Below, piece by piece: positions 30,007 through 40,812 of a stretch of 64,000 nt of DNA. Source of the DNA: Candidatus Hydrogenedentota bacterium (GTDB taxonomy: Bacteria; Hydrogenedentota; Hydrogenedentia; Hydrogenedentales; SLHB01). Where the stretch lies: NCBI GenBank assembly GCA_963668025.2, contig CAXXTH010000012.1, positions 1,537-65,536 of the forward strand, written 5' to 3'. The first letter of the stretch is position 1, and each line of letters opens with the position of its first letter. Under the pieces are notes generated by a model. The model was not told the DNA's origin. It saw nothing but the letters and a program-made list of their open reading frames with translations, and ran no database searches. The position numbers and the translations under genes are program-made.

Positions 30007-30822
30007 GTGAGCGCATCGCTGGAAACATTGCGGGCCGCTGTTGCGGCGGGCCCCCCTTTCGAAGCAAGCTTGCTGAATGCTTTGCGGGAAGATCCGCGCG
30101 CCGGGGCGCAAACGCTCTATCATCATTGCCTGCGCCGGCAGCAAGCCGCTTCCCGTGAAGAAGAACGCATTCGCCATATGCTCCGCTTCGAAGAGATGGC
30201 CCACGACAACGGGTTTAGTATTGTGGCTGGCGTGGATGAAGCGGGCCGGGGGCCCTTAGCGGGGCCTATCGTGGCCGGGGCCGTGGTCTTGGCCCATCCC
30301 ATTCACGGGCTCAACGACTCGAAACAGCTCACGGAAGCCCAGCGAGAACATCTTTTCGCGGAACTCCACCGGGGCGGGCACCATATAGGCGTGTCCATCG
30401 TCGAAGCGGAAGCTATTGACACGATGGGGATCCAAACGGCGAACTACAGCGCCATGGCGCAAGCAGCCCACCGCATCGAGCCTTTGCCGCAATTCTTGCT
30501 GGTCGATGGATTCGCCATACCGGGATGCGCCATACCACAGCAGCGAATTGTAAAAGGAGATTGCCAGTCTCTTTCCATCGCCGCCGCGAGCATCGTGGCG
30601 AAAGTTGTCCGCGACCGCATCATGACTGAATTAGATCGGCGATTCCCCGAATATGGTTTCGCTCGAAATAAGGGCTATGGCACCGGGGAGCACCTCGATG
30701 CGCTACGCAAGCATGGGCCGTGTCCCGTGCATCGTACCAGTTTCGCACCCATTTCTGGTATAGTACAGCAAGAGATGTTCAACGAGGCCGCCGAGGGTAA
30801 TGCTGAATGGAACCGCGCGTAA
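30007..30822 (+). CDS. rnhB: Ribonuclease HII (long form with N-terminal extension)
   Basis: GVDEAGRGPLAGPIV, LNDSKQL, LLVDG, SIAAASIVAKVVRD, GYGTGEHLDAL. Confidence 0.9.
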   Translation: MSASLETLRAAVAAGPPFEASLLNALREDPRAGAQTLYHHCLRRQQAASREEERIRHMLRFEEMAHDNGFSIVAGVDEAGRGPLAGPIVAGAVVLAHPIHGLNDSKQLTEAQREHLFAELHRGGHHIGVSIVEAEAIDTMGIQTANYSAMAQAAHRIEPLPQFLLVDGFAIPGCAIPQQRIVKGDCQSLSIAAASIVAKVVRDRIMTELDRRFPEYGFARNKGYGTGEHLDALRKHGPCPVHRTSFAPISGIVQQEMFNEAAEGNAEWNRA

Positions 30823-32498
30823 GACGGGCCGTTATCGTTTGCATGCTGGCGCTGCTGATCGCAGGCTGCCAGACTATGTCCACCCAGCGCGCTTCACGCG
30901 GATATGCGGGCGGTTCGCCGCGTGCGCAAGCCTATTCGCATTATATCGCCGCAGTCATCTATGAACGCCGGGGGCGCCTCGAGGACGCCATCATCGAGCT
31001 GCGCAGGGCGCTTCGCCAATCGCCCGATAACCTGAGGCTGCACCTCGAATTGATTTTGGCGTACCGCCAATTGGGCGATTTCGAGAGCGCCCGCACCATC
31101 TGCCAGCGGGCCACGGAACGCTGGCCCGAAGACCCTGCTCTATGGATGGTCTTGGGCTGGCTGAACCAGCAGCTCGACCAATATGACGCCGCCGTCGATA
31201 GCTATAGCCGCGCCGTGGCGCTCAAGCCCGGCGATACGGTGGGATATGCCCCCCTCATCCTCGCGGCAGAAGAAGCCAACGACCTGGTGGCCGCTATTGA
31301 TATCTACGAGAAATTGATCGAACTGCGCCCCGAATCCGCCTTGTTCCGCCTCCAGCTCGGCATTACCTTGGTGCGGGTGAATGATCTAGATAAGGCGAGG
31401 GCTTCTCTCGAAAAGGCCCTTGAACTCAAACCCACCTTATCCGAAGCGCGAAGCGTCCTCGGCTTGGTTTATCTCGATCTTAATCGGAATGAAGAGGCCA
31501 TCCAGCAATTCGAGCAGTACCTCCAGGAGCAGCCGGATGATCCTTCCGCCATGGAAAACTTGGCGGCGGTATATGCCCGCCAGGGCCAATGGGACCGGGC
31601 TCTCGAAATAATCTGCGCTCTTCTTGAAACAGAAAACGCGGAGCCCATTCATACGCTGGAACAGATTTACATCTTGCAGCGTTTAGGCCGGTTCAAAGAA
31701 GCTTCCACCGTAGCGCCGCCTAATGAAGCTCCCTTGTTTGGCACGGTGATGCGCGCTCTTTCCCATCGGATGAATGGCGATCCCTATCGTATGCCCCTCG
31801 ATACCCTCGATAAAGTCGAAGGCGATATAGACGAAGAATGCCAGTCTTTCCTCTCCGAAATCATGCTGCTCTTTGGACAGAAAGACACGGGGGAATTTCT
31901 GGCACAAGGCATTGAAGGCATGCGGGCCGAAGGCGTGAAGTCTAAATGTGTGGACTTGCTGCTCGCCCGCATCTATATGGGCTTGGATCGGGATGCGGAA
32001 GCGGAACAGGTGCTGCTCGCCATACTGGCTGCGTACGGCTCCGACAAATGGGCGCATTACTATCTCTCCACCCTCTATGATGACGCCAAGCGCAGTCCCG
32101 AAGCGGAACAGCATCTTATCGAGTGCCTTTCGCTCGATCCGCTCGATCCGGAAATCAAGAATTTTCTTGCCTATATGTATGCCGAACAGGGCGTCAAATT
32201 GGATGAGGCGGAGCGCTTGATCTTGCAAGCCCTCGAGATTGACCCCACCAACGGCTATTATCTGGATAGCTTAGGCTGGGTGTATTATAAAATGGGCGAC
32301 GCCGAACGCGCGGTGGATTATATCCGCCGCGCTATTTTCAGCATGAAAAATGATGACGCCACCTTGCGTGATCACTTGGGCGATGCGTATTTCCTGCGGG
32401 GCGACAAAGACAAAGCCGTGGCGGAGTGGAAGCGAGCCGGCCGGCTCGATCCGGAACTCGAAGGCGTCCAGCAAAAGATCGAGCAGTACGAGAAATAA
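30807..32498 (+). CDS. TPR-repeat lipoprotein
   Basis: Lipobox LLIAGC after a signal peptide. Repeated TPR-like A..Y..AL...P..... units run throughout. Confidence 0.8.
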   Translation: MEPRVRRAVIVCMLALLIAGCQTMSTQRASRGYAGGSPRAQAYSHYIAAVIYERRGRLEDAIIELRRALRQSPDNLRLHLELILAYRQLGDFESARTICQRATERWPEDPALWMVLGWLNQQLDQYDAAVDSYSRAVALKPGDTVGYAPLILAAEEANDLVAAIDIYEKLIELRPESALFRLQLGITLVRVNDLDKARASLEKALELKPTLSEARSVLGLVYLDLNRNEEAIQQFEQYLQEQPDDPSAMENLAAVYARQGQWDRALEIICALLETENAEPIHTLEQIYILQRLGRFKEASTVAPPNEAPLFGTVMRALSHRMNGDPYRMPLDTLDKVEGDIDEECQSFLSEIMLLFGQKDTGEFLAQGIEGMRAEGVKSKCVDLLLARIYMGLDRDAEAEQVLLAILAAYGSDKWAHYYLSTLYDDAKRSPEAEQHLIECLSLDPLDPEIKNFLAYMYAEQGVKLDEAERLILQALEIDPTNGYYLDSLGWVYYKMGDAERAVDYIRRAIFSMKNDDATLRDHLGDAYFLRGDKDKAVAEWKRAGRLDPELEGVQQKIEQYEK

Positions 32499-32593
32499 AC
32501 CGCCTTCACGCTGAGGCAGTGACGCAACCAAAGTGTTTCGTTTTTTTGCCGCGAATGAACGCGAATATATCCTCTAACATGTTTTTGCATCTC

Positions 32594-32645
32594 CCGTGGC
32601 GTGGGCGTCCCGGCCATGCATATGGGCAGGACGGCCACGCCACGG
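32594..32645. repeat. REP-like double-hairpin palindrome, copy 2
   Basis: CCGTGGCGTGGGCGTCCCGGCCATGCATATGGGCAGGACGGCCACGCCACGG. It has the same architecture as 16070-16119. Confidence 0.65.
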
Positions 32646-32700
32646 AAGGCATTCTTCAACAAATCATAACGTTTCCACTGGGGCGAGCGGCGCTTCTTTC

Positions 32701-34119
32701 CTATTCCAGTGCTATCGCTTGGAGCATTGCCGGTTGAGCGCCCTTCGCCCGGATAGTGACGGTGATTTGTCCGTGGCTATTTGGTGTCACATCCTCGGCG
32801 CGGATGTCGATGGACCGGTTTTTCCCTCCCGCCGCTTGTAGCGGATCGAAACTGGAATAGAACACCCGGCCATTCACCTCGATGTCCATTGGCCGTTCAC
32901 CTGCTTGTTCGAGCCACATCTCGGCAAATTTCATCCGCACGTTGTAGAGTCCCGCAGGCATATCGAATGTGTAGGTTATTTCCTTGCCCACTCGAGCCGT
33001 CTGGTAGAGCGGATAATCATAGAGCGTCGGCGTCGCTAGAATGACCTCGCCGTTTGAAGAAAGCGGCTCGCCCGAGGCCGCATCTTTCGCCCAGACCGAG
33101 TTGTTCCAATCCACGAAGCTTTCACCACCACAATTCAAGTACACTTCCGGTTTCATTTGCGGCAGGATCTCGATGGCCTTGAGAAGCGCTTCTTTGGTTG
33201 TCTGGAGCGGCTCCCAGCCGCCGGTCAAACGCAATACGATGTTTCCTTCCGCATCAGGAACGACATAGGAAACGAGGCGCTCAAACGCTTTATTTACGCC
33301 TCGGCTCGCTTGTGCGATATCGTAGTTATGAAGCTCTCGTGCGCCGTTGACATATAGATCGAAAGGACGCTCGAACGACCACTCTTTCTCGGTCTCGGCG
33401 AATTTAAGGCGCACCGTGTAGATGCCGTCCGGCACAGGAATGCGGTAGGTGAAATCCTTGCCTTGGCGCCCATGCGCGTACAGCTCCGTATCTTCAAGTG
33501 ATGGATATGCGCCGGAGACTGGCTTATTCGATAGGACGGCGCGGCCGCCTTTGAAACAGGTATCCGCCGACCAGGTATTTCCGGATGAATCCGTGTACTC
33601 TTTCTCGGAACCGCAGAGAATCCGAATGACCGCACCACCGAATTGCGGTGCGGGCTCTAGATATTGGATTGTGGGCATCCAAGCGAGCACGCCATCGTCT
33701 TCGGTCATGGATTTATCCAAGACAAATCGCAGCTCATCTCCCTCTTGGATATCAAGCTGGAGCGTATGCGCCGCGCCTACAAGGTCGCCACCCGCGATCT
33801 CCGCCCAGCCGGAATCCGGCCAGATTACATCGGCGTTACGCATGATCCGGACCTTCATCGGAGAAGTCTTCGAGCGGGTGTAATAATCCCGGAATGCCCG
33901 GCCTACAACGCTGATCTTCCCAGCGCGAGGGGCCGTCCACTTGCGCACACTCGCCCATCCGGGCGTCGAGGCCTGCCATCCCCGGCTGACTTTGGCCACG
34001 GGCTTTCCGTTTGCCTCTTCGGGCTTTTCGGACATCCACACTCCGGACAAGCCGCCCGGCTGCATGCAATTTCCGCCATATTCGATGGCTTTAATGCCTT
34101 CATGCGGCACGATTACCAT
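32701..34119 (-). CDS. Tandem malectin-like carbohydrate-binding domain protein (may be the C-terminal part of the upstream 985-aa ORF)
   Basis: There are two malectin-like units (…SGNTWSADTCFKGG...YAHGRQGKDFTYRIPVPDGIYTVRLKFAE... and ...NSVWAKDAASGE...YQTARVGKEITYTFDMPAGLYNVRMKFAE...). The ORF stays open to 34407 in a frame that overlaps the end of the upstream gene. Confidence 0.7.
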   Translation of the reverse strand: MVIVPHEGIKAIEYGGNCMQPGGLSGVWMSEKPEEANGKPVAKVSRGWQASTPGWASVRKWTAPRAGKISVVGRAFRDYYTRSKTSPMKVRIMRNADVIWPDSGWAEIAGGDLVGAAHTLQLDIQEGDELRFVLDKSMTEDDGVLAWMPTIQYLEPAPQFGGAVIRILCGSEKEYTDSSGNTWSADTCFKGGRAVLSNKPVSGAYPSLEDTELYAHGRQGKDFTYRIPVPDGIYTVRLKFAETEKEWSFERPFDLYVNGARELHNYDIAQASRGVNKAFERLVSYVVPDAEGNIVLRLTGGWEPLQTTKEALLKAIEILPQMKPEVYLNCGGESFVDWNNSVWAKDAASGEPLSSNGEVILATPTLYDYPLYQTARVGKEITYTFDMPAGLYNVRMKFAEMWLEQAGERPMDIEVNGRVFYSSFDPLQAAGGKNRSIDIRAEDVTPNSHGQITVTIRAKGAQPAMLQAIALE

Positions 34120-34138
34120 CGGTTCGTACGTGGCGAAA

Positions 34139-37096
34139 TCAACGGTTTTCTCCGCCTGCCAGCCTTCCCGCGCCAGGCTCGTCAAACTGGCCTCCCAACA
34201 CGGCGTAGGTAAACGGTTTGCCTTCCATCGAGGATGCATCAAGCCAGCCACTTGCGTTGCCGTCGCCGTCGATGGTTCGCACTGCATAGGCGGCGTCAAT
34301 ACCATAGCCGATGGAACGGTCAAAATAGAATGTGCCTGTGCCCGCCCGGCCAAGCACTTTACCGTCGCGCGCGATTTCATAGTAGCTGATCCAGTTATTA
34401 TCCACACCCGGAGACCAATAGACGCCGATACCTGAGAAACCCAAATTGGTTTCGTAGCGTTTGAAAGCGCGCCCAGGCTCGGATGGGGGCTGGCTGTCGC
34501 GTTCGTTTCCAGGAATATCCGGCAAACCCAAATAAATCACTTCGGCAGGTTTCTGCCGTTTGATGCCGATGCCGTTGGCCATCAGGTCTTTTCCACTGCG
34601 CTTGACGAGTGATGTGGCGTTTTCAAAACCTACTGTATATTCGTGGCCCGCTATCAATCCCTTTGGATAAATAGTCACGGCATGATCCGTGCGATGCTTT
34701 AAGATGATGCAGGCGCGCTCCCGGTCGTGGCTGAGCCGTTGGAAATAGTAGATCGGATTATCTCCGTCCACCTTGGGCCGTTCCACGTAGCTCCACCGGC
34801 CCGCGACGCCTTGGCCAACTAAATAATGATAGATTTCCGCGTTGCGGCGGACCGCTTCGCGGTCATATGGGTGCCTCGCATCGGGCCATGGCTGGAGCGA
34901 ATCATAGCGGTCGCTGGCTTTTGCCGATGGCGGAACCAGCGCCTTGAAGAGATCATTATGGCGCTTACGGGCTTCATCGAAGCGATGGGTCATGTATGCC
35001 CAAGACACAGCGCTAGTCAGTTGGTTGCGGTCCGCGTCTGGATTGAAGACGCCCAATCCGCCCCACATCGTGACGATATCGAGCCATTTATCGGGCGTAT
35101 CGAGAAGTGATGCGTAATAATTGGTTTCATCATTTCGTCCATAGTCCGCGAGATAATTAATCGAAGTAAGCCGCTGGATATCGAAATTGTGGGAATAGGT
35201 GCCTCCAAAGGCGCAGGTGTGATACGCGCATCGTGGGAAGTTGCTGAGCAACTGCTCGACCATCTGCTTCCATTCACGCTCGACCTGAAAACTGGGGAAG
35301 GTCACGCTGTCGGTGCGCCATTCGAAATTGCCCCAGCTTCCCACGTAATTCGTGAGCTGGCCGAGATCGGGATTCCCGGCGATCCAGAGGTTCCAGTCCA
35401 TCTGTTGCTTTTCAATCGTGCGCAACATCGGGGCGAAATCAGGGCCATCCTTGGGTTTCCAGAAGTCCGGTTTCGGAGTGCCGGGCGTGGGTTCGGTGAC
35501 GGTCCACCCGGCGTCGTCCCATATCATGTCATACCCCATATCACGCGCGTTCTCGATGCTCTCCATGCCGCTGGCCGACACCCGCCCCGTGAACTGGTCT
35601 TGTAGGTTGAGGCCGCTCACAAACCACTCGGTCGCCCAGCGCGCCCGGGCGTAATGGTCGTAGTTGGTCATATCCCACATGTATGCATACTGCCAGTCAT
35701 ACACATGGCGGCTCATGTCGTCCAGCGTATTTTCAAACACCCCAAGGACAAGAGATGGAAGCGAGATTTTTTCGCTCGGAGCGAGCCGGTAATCGGCCAG
35801 CTCCGCCACATTCGCGCTCATTTCCACGGTGCTTCCATCCGGGCTGGCGGTTTTTAGAGTCCATTTGCCGATATATTCGAGCGATGTGAAAAGCCCGCCG
35901 CGCTCTCCTGTCGTAAGGCCCAGCCAGGGCAAGAATGGAGAAGTGGCTGTTCCGTTCAGGATCTTTTCGGTTCCCGTCGTGATTTTCTCCGTCGAGAGGC
36001 CAATAGAGCCTTCATACGTCATCCAATAGAGATTTCCCGGCGAGTTCGCCAAATCCAGGCGCAGTTGGAAGGGCTTGTATTCAGGCAGAAGCGCGACGCT
36101 ATCCGTCGTGTTCACCAGATAATTGTCTAGCCGTATGATAGGCGTGCCGGGAAATGCGGTCAGATGGACCTGCATATCGCAAGCTCCGTTCGACAGGTCG
36201 AATATCAGCGCGGCCGCAGGGCGGCCTCCGACGCGGACAAGCGCAGTGGAACTATCCCGGAGAGTCCATTCATTTTTAAAGGGGATTTGGCTTTCTTCAG
36301 CAGGTTTGGGCGTTGCCCTGATCACGCTCAAATCGACCGCGCTTGCCGCCATGTGATTGGCATTCTTGGCGGACCCCGAGAGTGTGACCACGCCGTCCTT
36401 GGGCGCAATCCATAGCCTCAGGGCATGATGGTTATCCGACGGATGCAGGTAGGTTCCATTCACGTGAGGGCAGTTTCCGGGCACGCGAAACGCGGAGGTA
36501 TTACTAGGGATTCGAACTACGCCAACCGGCTCGAAAGACTCGGACGAATCCATCTCCTCAATACACGATTGTTCGGGAGAATAGACGCCATATTTCCATA
36601 CAGGCCCTTGTTCCAAGGCCTTGTCGTCAGCAGAAACATACTGTTCGCCGTCCGCATATTGGACGGTAGTGGCCCATTCGGTTTCGTCGAACGAATACCC
36701 ACCCGCCGGGCCCACGGCGAATCCAATAAGATCGCCTTTCCTTACCTCCAACTGGAGCGTAGCAGGATCCAGCACGGCGGTCTGGTCGCCCAGCATGCGC
36801 GTATTCCAAAGTGTTTCAATGTTATATTTCGATGTACAGGGGGATGCTGGCCCGAAATCGAATAACGGCGGTTCATCGCCTGAGACATATTCAATCGCGT
36901 TCTTATTCGTTTTATTCTGGAGGCTTTTAAGGACAAGGCCGTTGTTAGCATATTCGAGCTGTAGCTCAATTAAGGAAGTGCCAATGGTGAACGAATTCCC
37001 GGCCTTATCGGCCTTGGCATACGCATCCGGCCACATGGCCTCGGTAGCGAGTGGCGACACTATCATCGCGAAGGCCAGCATAGTAGTAGTTGCCAT
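34139..37096 (-). CDS. Large secreted glycoside-hydrolase-like protein (985 aa; TIM-barrel alpha-galactosidase-like core suspected)
   Basis: Signal-like N-terminus MATTTMLAFAMIVSPLATEA. The central segment ...ARDMGYDMIWDDAGWTV... recalls GH27/GH36-type D-D-G-W motifs. The family assignment is tentative. Confidence 0.55.
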   Translation of the reverse strand: MATTTMLAFAMIVSPLATEAMWPDAYAKADKAGNSFTIGTSLIELQLEYANNGLVLKSLQNKTNKNAIEYVSGDEPPLFDFGPASPCTSKYNIETLWNTRMLGDQTAVLDPATLQLEVRKGDLIGFAVGPAGGYSFDETEWATTVQYADGEQYVSADDKALEQGPVWKYGVYSPEQSCIEEMDSSESFEPVGVVRIPSNTSAFRVPGNCPHVNGTYLHPSDNHHALRLWIAPKDGVVTLSGSAKNANHMAASAVDLSVIRATPKPAEESQIPFKNEWTLRDSSTALVRVGGRPAAALIFDLSNGACDMQVHLTAFPGTPIIRLDNYLVNTTDSVALLPEYKPFQLRLDLANSPGNLYWMTYEGSIGLSTEKITTGTEKILNGTATSPFLPWLGLTTGERGGLFTSLEYIGKWTLKTASPDGSTVEMSANVAELADYRLAPSEKISLPSLVLGVFENTLDDMSRHVYDWQYAYMWDMTNYDHYARARWATEWFVSGLNLQDQFTGRVSASGMESIENARDMGYDMIWDDAGWTVTEPTPGTPKPDFWKPKDGPDFAPMLRTIEKQQMDWNLWIAGNPDLGQLTNYVGSWGNFEWRTDSVTFPSFQVEREWKQMVEQLLSNFPRCAYHTCAFGGTYSHNFDIQRLTSINYLADYGRNDETNYYASLLDTPDKWLDIVTMWGGLGVFNPDADRNQLTSAVSWAYMTHRFDEARKRHNDLFKALVPPSAKASDRYDSLQPWPDARHPYDREAVRRNAEIYHYLVGQGVAGRWSYVERPKVDGDNPIYYFQRLSHDRERACIILKHRTDHAVTIYPKGLIAGHEYTVGFENATSLVKRSGKDLMANGIGIKRQKPAEVIYLGLPDIPGNERDSQPPSEPGRAFKRYETNLGFSGIGVYWSPGVDNNWISYYEIARDGKVLGRAGTGTFYFDRSIGYGIDAAYAVRTIDGDGNASGWLDASSMEGKPFTYAVLGGQFDEPGAGRLAGGENR

Positions 37097-37173
37097 TTTC
37101 CGCTTCTCCTCATTTTTATGTGTCCATCATAGGTATATGGAAAGGCGATACTGAAGCTCCTGTCCTCCATATG

Positions 37174-38928
37174 TTATATCGCGCCTCGGGACTTCAGCTC
37201 CTCATATGTTCCCACGTCCGCGATCTCCCCGTGGTTCAAGACATATATGCGGTCCGCAAACCGCACGGCGCTTGGCGTATGCGTAATGAAAAGAACGGTT
37301 TTCCCCAAGAAGTCGCGGCGTATGGCTTGATACACCCGCAACTGGGAATCGATATCCACGGAGGCCAGCGGTTCATCGAGCATCAATACATCCGATTCAC
37401 GGGCGAGCGCGCGAGCAATCGTCAGGCGCTGTTTCTGTCCTCCCGACAGATTGCCGCCTTCATCCATGGGCGTATCAAGCCCGTCTGGCAGCTCATCGAT
37501 AAATTCGGCGCAATCCGATGCTTCCAAGGCCGCACGCAGTTTCTCCGCCGAAACGCTTCCCGAAGCGCCGTAAACGATATTTTCATGCAGAGTGCCGGGA
37601 AAGACTTGGGGATTTTGCATCACCACCCCGAGCCGGCGCCGGTAGTAATCCGCATCCATATCGCGCAAGTCCACGCCATCCACCCGTATCGCGCCCGAGC
37701 CAGGATCGCGAAAACGCAGGAGCAATCCGAGCAGAGTGGATTTTCCACAGCCCGAATGGCCAATGAACGCGACGTGCTCGCCAGGTTCAATCGTAAATGA
37801 CACGTTTTTCAACACGGTCTCGCCGTTATACTGGAAATTCACGCCCTCGCATTCGATACGGCCCAGCAAACGGCTGGGGCGGACCGGCTTGGCCTTTTCA
37901 GGAATACGGCTGCGAACATTCAATATATCCAGCACCCGTTCGGCGGCCACCATTTCCCGGCAAAGCGTTTGGTAATTTAAAATAACAGTCGAGATGGGAA
38001 CCAAACCCATTTGGATAAGCCCGACAAGCGCAATCCATTGGCCCAGGGTGATTTGTCCGGCGATATGCAAGTATCCAAGCACATACCCCATGCTAGCGGA
38101 GAAGATCGTGGCCAAGCCAGCCGGGCAGATCAGCCCCTCCTGAATGCCTTCAAAGACAAACCAGGCATATAATGACCGCAAAAATGGGCTAAGGAAAGAT
38201 TGATATCGCTGGGCTTCATCTTCTTCTCGTGCGGATACTTTTACTACGGCCACGTGGGTATAGGTTTCTTGCAAGTGCGCCGTCACGCGCGAACGCGCTT
38301 CGCGCATTGAACGATCCGAGCGCCGCCATAATTTGGTGAAATACTGGGTGATCAGCACATAGGGTGGGAAAAACAAGGCGATAGCCACTGCGGGACGCCA
38401 GTCAATGAAGAGGGTGATGGAGATCATGAGGAGGCCTTGCAATACCATCGCCGCCGCCGTGGGCAGCGACACTCCTAGCATGCGCGCCGTGTCGTGGGTA
38501 TCGGTGAATGTGCGGAAAATCCGCTCGCCCACGGAATGCTTCGTATGAAACGCCATGGACATATCGAGCATATGGTTATAAAAATCCCGGCCTAAATCAC
38601 GCAGGATTTCCATTTTCAAATTAAACCGGATAAAGCCCTCGATCAGGAAATTGCTGTCGCGCAGCACTGCTCCGAGGAATCCCCCGGTCACGAATAGCGC
38701 CACCCAGAAATATTTGCCCCGGGGTAACACCTCGTCCAGCAGGATGATGCTTAATACCGCTATCAGGGAACTTATGACAGCTCCCACGATGGGCGTCAAG
38801 AGGAACACGAGGATGAGCTTGGGCCAATGCCTGCGGTAATAGGGGGCATACCTGCGAATGACCCGGATTTGTTGCAGCAAGCTCGCACTTTCCGTGGGTG
38901 CGGCGGCCTGGGTTTCTGGAACGCTCAT
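37174..38928 (-). CDS. ABC exporter, fused permease/ATPase (MsbA-like half transporter)
   Basis: Six-TM N-terminal half. Walker A GHSGCGKSTL, signature LSGGQKQRLTIARA, Walker B VLMLDEP. Confidence 0.9.
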   Translation of the reverse strand: MSVPETQAAAPTESASLLQQIRVIRRYAPYYRRHWPKLILVFLLTPIVGAVISSLIAVLSIILLDEVLPRGKYFWVALFVTGGFLGAVLRDSNFLIEGFIRFNLKMEILRDLGRDFYNHMLDMSMAFHTKHSVGERIFRTFTDTHDTARMLGVSLPTAAAMVLQGLLMISITLFIDWRPAVAIALFFPPYVLITQYFTKLWRRSDRSMREARSRVTAHLQETYTHVAVVKVSAREEDEAQRYQSFLSPFLRSLYAWFVFEGIQEGLICPAGLATIFSASMGYVLGYLHIAGQITLGQWIALVGLIQMGLVPISTVILNYQTLCREMVAAERVLDILNVRSRIPEKAKPVRPSRLLGRIECEGVNFQYNGETVLKNVSFTIEPGEHVAFIGHSGCGKSTLLGLLLRFRDPGSGAIRVDGVDLRDMDADYYRRRLGVVMQNPQVFPGTLHENIVYGASGSVSAEKLRAALEASDCAEFIDELPDGLDTPMDEGGNLSGGQKQRLTIARALARESDVLMLDEPLASVDIDSQLRVYQAIRRDFLGKTVLFITHTPSAVRFADRIYVLNHGEIADVGTYEELKSRGAI

Positions 38929-40772
38929 GTTTCGACCTCCCCAGCTTGTGAATGGCCGCTTTCACCCAGCTCCGTCTGCATGGACCATAAGGTGCAATAA
39001 AGCCCCTGCTTGTCGAGAAGCTCCTCATGGCTGCCTTCTTCCCACACGATTCCTTGATTCAACACGATGATCCGATCCAGGCTGTGCAACGTAAGTAAAT
39101 CGTGGGAAATGAACAGCGCCGTTTTGCCTGCGGCGGCGGCGTCAATACCCTCGACAATGGCATGCTTTGCTTCAGGATCCGCTAAGGCCGTCGGCTCATC
39201 CAGGAGGGCCACATTCGGAGCGCCCGCCATACATCGAGCCACGGCCACACATTGGCGCTGGCCAAGCGATAAGCTCCCGCTGCCTTCCAGCAATGTATCC
39301 AATCCATTCGGCAAACTATGAACTGCCTCTTCGAGATTCGTACTCCGCAGCACCTCATCCAAATTCAACATGTCGTTGTCTCGAACGCCATACAGGATAT
39401 TTTCGCGCAAGGTGCGCTCGAAAATGACCGGCGATTGAAGCACAATGCCGAACTGCCTGCGATACTCCGCCAGCCGGTATGTGCGGATATCACGGCCATC
39501 CACGAGGATGCGCCCGCTGTCGGGTTCATAGAACCGTAATATCAGGTTGAGAATCGTGGATTTGCCAATGCCAGACGGCCCTACGAAGGCCACGCGGCTG
39601 CCCGCCGTAATCTTGAATGAAACGCCCTTGAGCACCGTTTTGCCTGGTGAATAAGAAAACCAGACATTCTCGAATTCGATATCGCCGCGAAGAGGTTCCG
39701 TGAGCGCCACCGCATCTGGCGCGTCTTGCACGCGATCATCAAGGTCGAGGAGATGCAGAATTCGCTCCGCGGGAATCATGCGCAAGCGGATCATTTGGTA
39801 ATAGTTCAACAGAATCCCGAGGGGAACGATCGCTTGAATAATGAGCAACGAGAGGGCTTGCCACTGGCCGAGGGTTATGCTCCCCGAGATTACCCAAAAA
39901 GCGCAAAGGCCGATGATATAGGTCGCTACAGCCGCGGGCATGCTCGATGGCCAAACAATCACGATACTGACTTGATGCAGGAAGAAATAGATCATGTTGG
40001 CGGTGCTATAGCCGACCAAGGCGCGGAAATATTGGAGCATCGTCTTTTTGCGCGCCCCATGTGAATATACCACCGAGATGTTGGAGAGGCTTTGTTCGAT
40101 GAACGACGTGAGTTTCTGGCCTTGAATTCGTTGGCGCAGGTCGATTTTACGGTAATAGTTGAAAAATTGCTGCGCGATAAATAGAAATACTGGTGAACAG
40201 GCAACGGCAATTGCAATAGGCCGCCAGTCGATAAGGCAAACGGCCACGATGGTCACCAAGAATTGGCATAAATATAACGCCGTCATGGGAAACGCGGAGC
40301 CCAGCAATTCCGCCGTATCAAGTATATCGGTATCGGACCGGAAGATTTTCTCGCCCACGGGCGTGGTTTGGTGGTAGCGCATGTTTAGGTCGAGCATGTT
40401 GCGGTAGAAGCGCCGGCCCAGCACTTCGATCACCCGCTTGCGAAGATGGGCATTCGTCGCATTTCGCACCATGACCAATAAGAAACGTTCGAGCACTATC
40501 ATGGATACGGCAGTTCCACCGAAGATGGCAAGCAAGACAACAGAGTGCCTCGGGAAAGCCACATCAATGATCATGCGATGGCACAAGGCGGGCACGACCG
40601 TGATGACCGCGCCCGCTAATGGCAAAATAACAATCAACAAGACCAGCTCAGGCCAATTGGGAAGCAAAATCGGCAGATACCGCTTGAGCAGCTTCACCGT
40701 GCGGCTAAAAGAAAGCGGTGGTGCTGTGGATTCGATGCTTGCCTGTTTTGCTGCCGCTTCCTGTGCGCTCAT
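38925..40772 (-). CDS. ABC exporter, fused permease/ATPase (partner half transporter)
   Basis: Walker A GPSGIGKSTI, a degenerate signature LSLGQRQCVAVARC and Walker B VALLDEP. Its stop overlaps the next start (ATGA), which suggests a heterodimer with one degenerate site. Confidence 0.9.
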   Translation of the reverse strand: MSAQEAAAKQASIESTAPPLSFSRTVKLLKRYLPILLPNWPELVLLIVILPLAGAVITVVPALCHRMIIDVAFPRHSVVLLAIFGGTAVSMIVLERFLLVMVRNATNAHLRKRVIEVLGRRFYRNMLDLNMRYHQTTPVGEKIFRSDTDILDTAELLGSAFPMTALYLCQFLVTIVAVCLIDWRPIAIAVACSPVFLFIAQQFFNYYRKIDLRQRIQGQKLTSFIEQSLSNISVVYSHGARKKTMLQYFRALVGYSTANMIYFFLHQVSIVIVWPSSMPAAVATYIIGLCAFWVISGSITLGQWQALSLLIIQAIVPLGILLNYYQMIRLRMIPAERILHLLDLDDRVQDAPDAVALTEPLRGDIEFENVWFSYSPGKTVLKGVSFKITAGSRVAFVGPSGIGKSTILNLILRFYEPDSGRILVDGRDIRTYRLAEYRRQFGIVLQSPVIFERTLRENILYGVRDNDMLNLDEVLRSTNLEEAVHSLPNGLDTLLEGSGSLSLGQRQCVAVARCMAGAPNVALLDEPTALADPEAKHAIVEGIDAAAAGKTALFISHDLLTLHSLDRIIVLNQGIVWEEGSHEELLDKQGLYCTLWSMQTELGESGHSQAGEVET

Positions 40773-40812
40773 GTCTTGCTCATATCCTTGATAGCCCGGT
40801 AATCATATAGCT

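Noticed and set aside
36500-36525. GGGATTCGAAC on the plus strand, which is a tRNA T-loop-like GTTCGAATCCC on the minus strand.
   Set aside because: The flanking bases do not form a T-stem or an acceptor stem, and the site lies inside the continuous 985-aa ORF. I did not see any tRNA or rRNA gene elsewhere in the window by eye.
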